Under the pieces are notes generated by a model. The model was not told the DNA's origin. It was given only the letters and a program-made list of their open reading frames with translations, and ran no database searches. From contig NZ_JMCB01000001.1 in assembly GCF_000737315.1 (NCBI RefSeq), forward strand, positions 20,001-268,000: a stretch of 248,000 nt of DNA. Reading direction: 5' to 3'. Below, in pieces: positions 129,001 through 135,926 of the stretch. The position numbers and the translations under genes were made by a program. This DNA comes from Hyalangium minutum. Its GTDB lineage: Bacteria; Myxococcota; Myxococcia; Myxococcales; Myxococcaceae. Positions within the stretch are counted from its first letter, which is position 1. Every line of letters begins with the position of its first letter.

Positions 129001-132000
129001 GCATCCACGGTGTCATCCTCGGCTCGGCCGTCAACAGCAACGGCAGGACGAACGGCTACACCGTGCCCAGCCCCAGCGCCCAGGCGGATCTGATCGAGAC
129101 GGCGCTAAAGCGGGCCGGCGTGGATCCGCGGACGATCTCCTACGTGGAGGCGCAGGCCGTGGGCTCCACCCTGGCGGACCCGATCGAGGTGTCTGGCCTC
129201 ACCAAGGCCTTCGAGCGCTTCACCCGCGAGCGGGGCTTCTGCGCGCTCGGCTCGGTGAAGCCCAACATCGGCCACCTCGAGGCGGCCTCGGGCGTGGCGC
129301 AGCTCACCAAGGTGCTGCTGCAGCTCCAGCACGGGCAGCTGGCGCCCTCGGTGGGCTCCGAGCGGTTGAACCCCTATATCGACTTCGAGAACTCGCCCTT
129401 CTTCGTGCAGCGGCAAGCCAGCGAGTGGCCCGAGCCGCGCGATCCCGTCACCGGGCGGCGCATTCCGAGGCGGGCCGCCGTCAGCTCCTTCGGGGCGGGA
129501 GGCGCCAATGCCCACCTCCTCATCGAGGAGTACGTGGCCCCTCGGGAGGCTGCGGTGTCCCGGGATGATGGGCGGCCTCAGCTCGTCACCCTGTCGGCGA
129601 AGCGTCCGGAACGGCTGACAGAGCAGGCCCGGAGGCTGCGCGACTTCCTCGTCGGGTCTCTGGCGTCCACGCGGACGGCCCCTCCGCTCGCGGACGTGGC
129701 GTACACGCTCCAGACGGGCCGAGAGGCCATGGGGACGCGGCTGGCGGTGCTGGCACGGGATCTCCCCTCTCTGCTGGGCGCGCTCGAGCGCTTCCTGGCG
129801 GGCCAGGACGCGCCCGGCCAGTTGTTCACGGGCGCGGTGAAGAAGTCCACGCGCCCCATGCCGCTGCCCGCGGACTCCGTACGCCAGGCGCGGGATGCGG
129901 GCCAGCTGGAGCCGCTCGCCTCGGCGTGGGCCAGCGGCTCGGAGGTGGACTGGGAGCTGCTGCACGAGGGGCAGCCTCGCAAGCGCCTTGCGCTGCCCAC
130001 CTACCCGTTCGCCCGGGAGCGCTACTGGCTGGATGTGTCCGCGCAGCCCGCGGCACTACCGATGGAGTCCTCGACTCCCGCCCCGGAGCCCGCCCCCCTG
130101 CCGCCCGCTCCCGCCCAGCTCCCCAACACCCAGGAGGTCCGTGTGACAGAGGACGGCACCCTGACCCGACGCGTCCAGGAGGTGCTGGTGAAGAGCATCT
130201 CCGAGATCCTCGGCGTCCGCGGCGAGGACGTGGATCTCGACGAGCACGTGAGCGACTACGGGTTCGACTCCATCTCGCTCACGAAGTTCGCGGCGCTCCT
130301 CAACAAGAACCACGGACTGGACGTCAGTCCCACGATCTTCTTCGAGCACGCCACCATCAGCAGCTTCGCGGACTACCTGGTCCGTGAGTACCGCGACGTG
130401 CTCGCGCGGGCCCTGCTGTCCACGGACGTGCAGGCGCCCCCCGCCGCTGCGAAGCCCCAGGCTCCCGCGCCTCGGGCCGCCGCGACCCAGGCTCCTGTCG
130501 CCACTCCGGCCCCGGGCGACGTCCGCGCTGTCGAGCCCATCGCCATCATCGGCATGGCTGGCCGCTTCCCAGGCTCGCCGAACCTGGCCCGCTACTGGGA
130601 GAACCTGATGGCCGGAAAGGATCTCGTCACGGAGATCCCTCGGGACCGCTTCGACTGGCGGGACTTCTACGGCGATCCGCAGAAGGATCCCACGAAGACG
130701 CCGTCGCGGTGGGGCGGCTTCCTGCAGGACGTGGATCGGTTCGACGCGCTCTTCTTCAGCATCTCGCCGCGCGAGGCGCGATCGATGGATCCGCAGCAGC
130801 GCCTCTTCCTGGAGACGGTCTGGCAGGCCATCGAAGACGCGGGCTATCCGCCCTCCCAGCTCGCGGGCACCTCCACGGGCCTGTTCGTGGGAGTGGCCGG
130901 CAGCGAGTACTCCCACCTGCTGGAGCAGTCGGGTGCGGAGATCGACGGTCAGGCGGCCACTGGCAACGCGCACAGCATCCTGGCCAACCGCGTCTCGTTC
131001 CTGTTGGATCTCCATGGCCCCAGCGAGCCGGTGGACACCGCGTGCTCCAGCTCCCTGGTCGCGGTGCATCGGGCCGTGGCGGCCATCCAGGCGGGCGAGT
131101 GCGACCTGGCGATCGCCGGCGGCGTCAACGTCCTGCTGACACCGGCCGGGTTCCTTGCCTTCGGCAAGTCCGGCATGCTGGCCGGTGACGGCCGGTGCAA
131201 GACGTTCGACCAGAAGGCGGACGGCTACGTCCGCGGCGAAGGCGTGGGGGCCGTGCTGCTCAAGCCGCTCAGCCGGGCGCTGGCGGACGGAGACACCATC
131301 TACGCCGTCGTCAAGGGCTCCGCCGTCAACCATGGAGGCCGGGCCAACTCGCTCACCGCGCCCAACCCCAACGCTCAGGCGGACCTCGTCATGCGCGCGG
131401 TGCGCAAGGCGGGCGTGGCGCCAGAGTCGATCGGCTACATTGAGGCGCACGGGACGGGGACCTCCCTGGGCGATCCCATCGAGATCAACGGCCTCAAGCG
131501 GGCCTTCCGCGAGCTGGGACTGGGTGGCACGGAGGCCTGGCGGCGCAAGTCCTGTGGGCTGGGCACCGTCAAGACCAACATCGGCCACCTGGAGACGGCC
131601 GCGGGCATCGCCGGGCTCATCAAAGTGCTGCTGGCGCTGCGCCACAAGAAGCTGCCGCCGCTCGTGCACTTCCAGCAGCTCAACGAGTACATCGACCTGG
131701 AGGACAGCCCCTTCTACGTCGTGGATAAGGCCCGGGATTGGGAGCCCGCGCGAGACGCCCGAGGCGCTGCCCTGCCACGACGCGCCGGGATCAGCTCCTT
131801 CGGCTTCGGTGGCGTCAACGTGCACCTGGTGCTGGAGGAGCATGAAGTCCCGGCCCCTCCCGAGCAGCTGTCCGGTGAAGGAGAGGCCATCCTCCTGTCC
131901 GCCCGGAGCACGGAGCGCCTGAAAGCATACGCGGAGGACTTCATCACCTTCCTGGAGGCGGTGGAGGCAGCCCCGGAGGAGCAACGCACCCGGTTGGCGG

Positions 132001-134789
132001 ATCTGGCCTACACGCTCCAGGTGGGCCGCGAGCACATGTCCCACCGCCTGGCCCTGATCGTCCGGAGCCGCAAGGAGCTGATCGAGAAGCTGCGCGGCTT
132101 CACGAACGAGGGCGCGGGTGGATCCGACGTCTTCGTAGGAGATGACCACTCCCACAAGGATCTGATCTCCCTCTTCAGCCAGGAGGGAGCGGACCTGGGC
132201 TACTTCGAGGAGCTGGCCCGCAGAGGCAACTCCAGGAAGCTGGCCGCGCTCTGGGCCAAGGGCTTCTCCATCCCGTGGGCGGAGCTACAGGCGCGAGGCA
132301 CGCATCGCCGGTTGCCGCTCCCCACCTACCCGTTCGCCCGGGAGCGTTACTGGCTCCCCACGCCGGTGCGAGCCGTTGCCCCGGTCCAGCCCGCGCAGCA
132401 GCCCGTCACCCAGGCCCCGCCCGCGCGAGTCCCCTCCCCGGCCGCGCCCGTGCCGCAGCCTGCGGCCACGGCTCCGGCTCCGGCTCCGGCGCCTGCTCAG
132501 TCCCCGCGAGCGGAAGAGCCCGCGCCCCGCGCTGCTCCGGCTCCGCGCGCCGAGGATGCCTCCCTGCAGCCCACAGCCCGAATCCGTGCCGTCTTCGCGG
132601 AGTTCATCGGCCTCGAGGAGCAGGCCATCGATCCGAACCGGGAGTTCACCTCCTACGGCATCGACTCCATCGCTGGCCTCCGGGTGATGCAGCGCATCCA
132701 GCAGCTCTACGGCGAGAACGTGCCGATGCTCGCCATCATCGAGCACCCGACCCTCCATCGCTTCACGAACCACCTCCTTCGCAACTACGTGAAGGCGGAA
132801 GCCGCGCCGGCCGCTCCAGCTCCCGCGGCAAGCCCAGTTCCAGCCCCGGTGGCTCCGGCTCCTGCTGCGAGTGCGCCCACCGCAGTCCCGAGCGCTCGGC
132901 CCACCTCCGAGCGCCCGTCAGCGCCCGTGCAGACGCCGCCCCCAGCACCTCGGAAGCCGGAGCCTCCGCGCACCGTGCCCGAGGTGCGGCTGGTGCCCTT
133001 CCAGCCCAACGGCTCCGAGACGCCGCTCTTCGGTCTTCCGGGAGACTGGGGTGACGTCGGCTGGCTCATCGGGCTCATCCCTCACCTGGGCAAGACACAG
133101 CCGGTGTATGGCCTGGACCTCGCGCCTGGCACCGAGTGCACTGTGGAGGCGCTCGCGGCAGAGTGCGTGCGCGTCCTGTTGGGTGCTCGGCCGGCCGGTC
133201 CCTACCGCCTCGCCGCCTCGGGCCTGGGCGGAGGTGTCGCCCTGGAGGCCACGCGGCGCCTGCACGAGCTCGGTCACGAGGTGTCCGAGCTGCTGCTGCT
133301 CGCCCCTGCCGCTCCTCGGCCCACGGGAGACACCGCCGCGCTGCAGCAGGCGGGAGACTCCGCCTGCGTGCTGACGTACCTGGGCAACAGCCTGGGCCAG
133401 CTGTGGCGGGCCCCTGGAGTGCTCCGCTACGACGCCCTGCCCCAGGGTGACTTCGCCGAGCAGCGGAAGGCCGTGACGCGCTTCCTCACCTCGAGCGCGG
133501 CGTGTCCGATGCCCGCCGCGAAGCTGGAACCGTGGCTGGATGGCGCTGCCCGCCAGTACGCGTTCGGGCTGCTCTCCCTGAGCCGCTACCGCCCGCGCCC
133601 GCTGTCCCGCCCGGTGCAGGCGGTGCTGATCCGTCCCCAGGAACTCCAGACGGGAGCGGGCAGCACCTACCGCCTGCCGCGCCCCCCCGCGGACGGTGTG
133701 AACACCGCAGCGGACTGGCAGGGGCTGCTGGGCAGGCCGGTTCGCGTCCTCGAGGCGCCCCAGGACTGCTTCGGCCTGCTGTCCGTCCAGGGCGTAACGT
133801 GGGTGGCGGAGCAGCTGCGCCCCGCCCGGGCCCCTGAGCCGCGAACCGAGCCCGGCGCTGACGGCCCTCGCTCCTCCATCATCGTGCCTATCAACAAGAA
133901 CGGCTCCCAGCGCGCCTCCTTCTGGGTGCACACGCTCCTGGGGGACGTCAGCTACGGCCTCAACTTCTCACGCCACCTGGGCATCGACTACCCCGTCTTC
134001 GGCATCGAGCAGTTCGATGTGGACGGCAACGTCTTCCTGCTCCCTACCATCGAGGAGATGGCCTCCCGCTACATCGACGCGCTCCGGGCCGCCCAACCTT
134101 CGGGACCCTATGTGCTCGGGGGCTACTCCTACGGCGGCATCGTTGCCTTCGAGATGGCCTACCAGCTCGGGCAGCGCGGCGAGGAGGTCTCGGATCTGGT
134201 GCTGATTGACTCCCTCATGCCAGGCACGGAGGTGTTCAACGCCATCGACACCTCGTCCTTCGTGACGGACGACTTCAGCATCATGTCGCTGATCCTCATC
134301 GGCAACTCGTTCGGCAACCGATGGCACGCCGAGCGCTACATCCAGCTCGATGAGCTCACCGGCCGGCCTCGGGACCAGCAGATCGAGCAGGTCGCGCGCC
134401 ACCTCCGGGACCGCTCGAAGACCACCCTCTCCTTCGAGGAGATCCTGCAGCTCGTCCGCCGCAACTACGACACGATCACCTCGAACAACGAGGCGCTCAA
134501 CCGCTACCGCCCCAAGGGCCCGCTCGGCCCCCGGGTGAACGCCACGCTCTTCCACGCCACCCTGGGGTTCGTCGGGCCCAACAACCCCAACAACATCCCC
134601 GAAGTGAAGATCCGCGTGGATGACCGGACCAATGGCTTCGGCCGCTACGTCCCCAGCAGCTTCCGGATCTTCGATCTGCCCGCGGACCACTACACCATCT
134701 GCACCGACGAGTTCATCAAGGTGGTCGCGGAGAAGACCCGCGTCGCCATCACCCCCATGCGCGTGCTCCCCACGGAGCGCGCTTCGTAG
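120084..134789 (+). CDS. trans-AT PKS 4: KR-ACP, KS9-DH-KR-cMT-ACP, KS10(0)-ACP, KS11-ACP, TE(degenerate)-TE
   Basis: EIGAGTGG MT; KS10 QAVGS; first TE AASGLGG, second TE GGYSYGG. Confidence 0.92.
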   Translation: MKLDKRQILQQVESGDLEIDQAVELLARLGIAPKAAPAEPLGHVYYESRWEPAPAPAERLAPGQRVLLVGEREAAMDALRAALTGHEVVSVLPGTGFRRLAADQYEVDLGSEEHGARLLAELAGAGFFPTQVLHLWRGGPDASLEEASDARALETGVHAAFTLVKALLAQAPKQELTLLSACLGPGGAPACAAVAGFLAVAEQENPKLRGKTVHMREPSPTVAAELLLAELPSLSEAEVRYDANGRQARRLAELTIPDVETPGPLRQGGVYLITGGAGGLGLLFARHLVATAGARLILTGRSQRPSAQQEQLFRELETLGGQVVYCPADVTVLADMERAVRLARERFGRLDGVLHAAGVLEDAFLVRKSWDSFQRVLAPKTHGVLALDHATREEALDFFALFSSTATVLGRAGQADYAAANHFMDEFAAARNAQVAEGRRTGHTVSIAWPLWQGGGMNISEADRETMERITGMTVMGAEEGFTAFTHALRSGRSLVAVLYGRGARIRDFIERRGSRKPAPAAPAPRAGAPRDRAELARGAEEYLLELISRETRLPRQRIDVKQGLDAIGLDSMLINRLNVLLEDPFGSLSKTLFFEYQSIRELAGYFSEHHTEALAALLSPASSSEAPPAAEEPTQSPERSPAPAPVQQAPAAPVTGDIAIVGLSGRYPDAEDLQEFWENLAQGRNSVGQVPRERWDLSRYPGLELNTRERQGLQWGSFLREVDTFDPLFFNIAPRDAEVMDPQERLFLETAWSALEDAGYSRPELQRTSREGDESAVGVFVGVTFGQYQSIGVEEWGHGNYISPGSSFWSIANRLSYVLNVNGPSMPVDTACSASLTAVHMACESLRRGDCRVAVAGGVNLNIHPAKYVALARLKFLSTEGKCRAFGDGGDGYVPGEGVGAVVLKPLAQAEADGDHIYAVIKGSTINHGGKTNGYTVPNPKAQASLVSRALRTAGVNARTVGYVEAHGTGTSLGDPIEITGLNKAFREHTQDRQFCAIGSVKTNVGHLESAAGIASLTKVLLQLRHQQLAPSLHAETLNRNIDFGSSPFFVQRELAPWPSPAVTGPDGRVRTLPRRAAISSFGAGGANAHLILEEYVAPRAERPQALGPELVLLSAKNTGRLRAYASRLKQHLRRLQSSAGAMPPLGDLAYTLQVGREALEERLALVVGSVDELVVRLEEFEQGQLHGAQAYLGRVPEERTAAAEVELPRAQELIRRRDWATLARLWVEGHSVPWGEVYLGQGRRVSLPTYPFERKRFWVPLSHPSAKAPQAAAALHPLLDRAVPSLNGTVFEKRFRRDEPLLRDHHVRGKPVVAGVVQLEMVRAAVAAAGAGALSSLNDVVWLSTVEVSTDSTLVQLALTPREDGFSYEVSIPGTASTCSRGRVRFQDTEPSGTPPRVDLQALQARCQQRIGKAALYEGFRAVGLEYGPSFQCVEELWVHGREVVGELRLGAQAAPELEHFALHPSLVDAALHTLQGLTAGESSNGEPQTLIPFSVAEVRVYGRLPARCFAYAQLRENNRESGVARFNMAILDESGQCLVLFKDFAARRLRVAHGPAAAPIHEAAPLPASVPSSGFFYQPLWKEQPLPAVEAPSKPEGGTVLIFTHPQDCGLGARLAAQYGEHRAVLVSLEDAWNAESPGLLRINHRDANHYSHVLAQLREPSAIYFLGGMQSKRYSANDVQHLARMEERGVVSLLRLARGLAAHPPGAIPLKVVTNDVYRVRERDAAFNPFASALVGFTKVLSREFRQLQVSCIDVAKAELDAGEDTAAAVLRGLLAEPGLSAALQSALREGRRFVQHLHAVELPETAPQALSFVDRGVYLILGGAGGLGLVVAEHLARRCRARLVLVGRSPLREETRRRMQAIEAAGGEALYLQADLCDVAAMRNVVLQTRARFGPISGVIHSAIVLQDGVIGRMTEEQLRAALAPKARGLVVLHHVLEAEPLDFIACFSSALSFTSAPGQANYAAASTFEDCFALYLEHRMQRPVRVFNWGFWGDIGIVATDTYRERMARRGIEALTREEGLLAFDRVMAGRATQISPIKLHPELLESFHMDATQLRAPYPETFPSVMTPVTTRLDGFIQQGPDIPGNAELLPLEQHGRLLLLQAFQEMGALRNPGERHTLGELRERLRILPAYSRLYDAMLDILSKGGFVRLAGDSLEATPEVRSSHATPQGIRAHRESMLARLPDGRAFLELVEACVGSLPDVLTGRKSHMEVMFPGGSKTLVENVYKGNRRSDYFNDLVVQSVLAVLEKRLGDSRQEKIALLEIGAGTGGTSGRVFEAIQAHGSRLTYDYTDISKSFATHGQRTFGRRFPFASFKVLDVEKDVIAQGFKPGAYDLILATNVLHATRNMTHTLRQAKALLKTNGVLVINEVTVVQDFTTLTFGLTSGWWLFEDANLRLPHSPLLGLKEWRSALESQGFRRVMGFGLPRGRPEVDGQNVILSESDGWLDTSRKQAPSAPEPRAASSMLSSTAQRWTPPAAPQPSAPAAAQLPPAPPARTEPQKHAIPPPPAAEAIRYRPPEEPLEHRVVAPPPAPVPARVVASSPVPADRDEALREHTLTLLRSTLAQVLKMEAAELEPGATFESYGVDSLVGMDFLDKLEGDFPSLPKTLLFEHITLDQLTAHFLRTFPEVLRRKFGGSLAAVPRSPLAAERAPAATEPSAASRPTESGRAAATLMDAASLFGEPPPAPAQTGVREERTPASTRVEGIAIIGMSGRYPQAEDTRAFWENLRQGRSAFSEVPPERWSHSAYHDDTGERPGTTYHRWGAFIGDVDKFDPLFFGIAPREAQLMDPQERLFLETAWATLEDAGWTSARLNRSAHADGGQGVGVFVGVMYGPYQLLAAEEWARGNRVDAQSAYWSIPNRVSYAFDFRGPSLAVDTACSSSLTAIHLACESLRRGECRAALVGGVNLILHPSHHVGLGKMSMLSRDGSCRAFGEGASGFVAGEGVGAVLLKPLADAIRDGDRIHGVILGSAVNSNGRTNGYTVPSPSAQADLIETALKRAGVDPRTISYVEAQAVGSTLADPIEVSGLTKAFERFTRERGFCALGSVKPNIGHLEAASGVAQLTKVLLQLQHGQLAPSVGSERLNPYIDFENSPFFVQRQASEWPEPRDPVTGRRIPRRAAVSSFGAGGANAHLLIEEYVAPREAAVSRDDGRPQLVTLSAKRPERLTEQARRLRDFLVGSLASTRTAPPLADVAYTLQTGREAMGTRLAVLARDLPSLLGALERFLAGQDAPGQLFTGAVKKSTRPMPLPADSVRQARDAGQLEPLASAWASGSEVDWELLHEGQPRKRLALPTYPFARERYWLDVSAQPAALPMESSTPAPEPAPLPPAPAQLPNTQEVRVTEDGTLTRRVQEVLVKSISEILGVRGEDVDLDEHVSDYGFDSISLTKFAALLNKNHGLDVSPTIFFEHATISSFADYLVREYRDVLARALLSTDVQAPPAAAKPQAPAPRAAATQAPVATPAPGDVRAVEPIAIIGMAGRFPGSPNLARYWENLMAGKDLVTEIPRDRFDWRDFYGDPQKDPTKTPSRWGGFLQDVDRFDALFFSISPREARSMDPQQRLFLETVWQAIEDAGYPPSQLAGTSTGLFVGVAGSEYSHLLEQSGAEIDGQAATGNAHSILANRVSFLLDLHGPSEPVDTACSSSLVAVHRAVAAIQAGECDLAIAGGVNVLLTPAGFLAFGKSGMLAGDGRCKTFDQKADGYVRGEGVGAVLLKPLSRALADGDTIYAVVKGSAVNHGGRANSLTAPNPNAQADLVMRAVRKAGVAPESIGYIEAHGTGTSLGDPIEINGLKRAFRELGLGGTEAWRRKSCGLGTVKTNIGHLETAAGIAGLIKVLLALRHKKLPPLVHFQQLNEYIDLEDSPFYVVDKARDWEPARDARGAALPRRAGISSFGFGGVNVHLVLEEHEVPAPPEQLSGEGEAILLSARSTERLKAYAEDFITFLEAVEAAPEEQRTRLADLAYTLQVGREHMSHRLALIVRSRKELIEKLRGFTNEGAGGSDVFVGDDHSHKDLISLFSQEGADLGYFEELARRGNSRKLAALWAKGFSIPWAELQARGTHRRLPLPTYPFARERYWLPTPVRAVAPVQPAQQPVTQAPPARVPSPAAPVPQPAATAPAPAPAPAQSPRAEEPAPRAAPAPRAEDASLQPTARIRAVFAEFIGLEEQAIDPNREFTSYGIDSIAGLRVMQRIQQLYGENVPMLAIIEHPTLHRFTNHLLRNYVKAEAAPAAPAPAASPVPAPVAPAPAASAPTAVPSARPTSERPSAPVQTPPPAPRKPEPPRTVPEVRLVPFQPNGSETPLFGLPGDWGDVGWLIGLIPHLGKTQPVYGLDLAPGTECTVEALAAECVRVLLGARPAGPYRLAASGLGGGVALEATRRLHELGHEVSELLLLAPAAPRPTGDTAALQQAGDSACVLTYLGNSLGQLWRAPGVLRYDALPQGDFAEQRKAVTRFLTSSAACPMPAAKLEPWLDGAARQYAFGLLSLSRYRPRPLSRPVQAVLIRPQELQTGAGSTYRLPRPPADGVNTAADWQGLLGRPVRVLEAPQDCFGLLSVQGVTWVAEQLRPARAPEPRTEPGADGPRSSIIVPINKNGSQRASFWVHTLLGDVSYGLNFSRHLGIDYPVFGIEQFDVDGNVFLLPTIEEMASRYIDALRAAQPSGPYVLGGYSYGGIVAFEMAYQLGQRGEEVSDLVLIDSLMPGTEVFNAIDTSSFVTDDFSIMSLILIGNSFGNRWHAERYIQLDELTGRPRDQQIEQVARHLRDRSKTTLSFEEILQLVRRNYDTITSNNEALNRYRPKGPLGPRVNATLFHATLGFVGPNNPNNIPEVKIRVDDRTNGFGRYVPSSFRIFDLPADHYTICTDEFIKVVAEKTRVAITPMRVLPTERAS

Positions 134790-134800
134790 GAGCCCCACCC

Positions 134801-135880
134801 ATGGACTTCAGCGTCTACTTCTTCTCAGCCAACGATCAGGCCGACTTCGGCGAGCGCTACCGCTTCATCCTCGAGGTGGCGAAGTACATCGACCAAAACG
134901 GCTTCAAGGCCATCTGGACGCCCGAGCGCCACTTCCAGGAGTTCGGGGGCAGCTTCCCCAACGCCTCGGTGCTCAGCGCCGCGCTGGCGGTGCTCACCCA
135001 GAACATCGAGCTGCGCGCGGGCAGCGTGGTGGCCCCCCACCACCACCCGGCCCGTATCGCCGAGGAGTGGGCCCTGGTGGATCAGCTCTCCAACGGCCGG
135101 GTGGCGCTCTGCCTCGCCACGGGTTGGCACCGCGGGGACTTCATCTTCTACCCGGAGAACTACGCGGGCCGCCGCGAGCTCACCTTCCGCCTGGTGCAGA
135201 CGCTGCGAGATCTCTGGGCCGGGCGCCCGGTGACCTTCAGCGGCGTCGAGGGCCAGGCCGTGGAGGTGCGCACCTTCCCGCGCCCCCGCCGCCAGGAGCT
135301 GCCGCTGTGGCTCGTCCACAGCACCAACCCCGAGACCTGGGCCAAGGCCGGAGAGCTTGGCCTCAATGTCCTCACCCTGCTGGACAACTGGGACCGGCTC
135401 ACCGCCAACATCGCGGCCTATCGCGACGCGCGCGCCAAACACGGCCATGATCCGAAGTCCGGCATCGTGACCCTGGGCGTCCACACGTACATCGGCGATG
135501 ACGACACCACGGTGCGCAAGCTCGTCGCAGAGCCCGTGAAGCAGTACCTGTCCACGTTCCTCACCCAGCGCAAGGCGGATGCCACCCTGCAGGGCGGCTC
135601 CAAGCAGCTCGATGCCAAGGAGCAGGACATGCTGGCAACGCTGGCCTACCAGGACATGTACGACAAGCGGTCGCTGCTGGGCACGATCCCCAAGTGCGCC
135701 GACATGGTGCGGCGGATGCAGGAGATCGGCGTCGACGAGGTCGCTTGCCTCGTGGACTTCGGCCTGGACTTCCAGACTGTCTTGGACGGGCTGCCGCGCA
135801 TCAACGAGCTGCGCGCTATGTTCCAGCCAGCCGCCTCGAACGCCAGCGCCAGCGGCATGGCCTGGTACTACAACCGGTGA
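134801..135880 (+). CDS. MupA-family luciferase-like flavin monooxygenase
   Basis: FSVYFF..WTPERHFQEFGGSFPN; RIAEEWALVDQLSNGR. Confidence 0.88.
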   Translation: MDFSVYFFSANDQADFGERYRFILEVAKYIDQNGFKAIWTPERHFQEFGGSFPNASVLSAALAVLTQNIELRAGSVVAPHHHPARIAEEWALVDQLSNGRVALCLATGWHRGDFIFYPENYAGRRELTFRLVQTLRDLWAGRPVTFSGVEGQAVEVRTFPRPRRQELPLWLVHSTNPETWAKAGELGLNVLTLLDNWDRLTANIAAYRDARAKHGHDPKSGIVTLGVHTYIGDDDTTVRKLVAEPVKQYLSTFLTQRKADATLQGGSKQLDAKEQDMLATLAYQDMYDKRSLLGTIPKCADMVRRMQEIGVDEVACLVDFGLDFQTVLDGLPRINELRAMFQPAASNASASGMAWYYNR

Positions 135881-135926
135881 ATCGAGTCCTCTTGGCCCAC
135901 CTCGGGCCCGAAGGCAGGAGAAGCAC

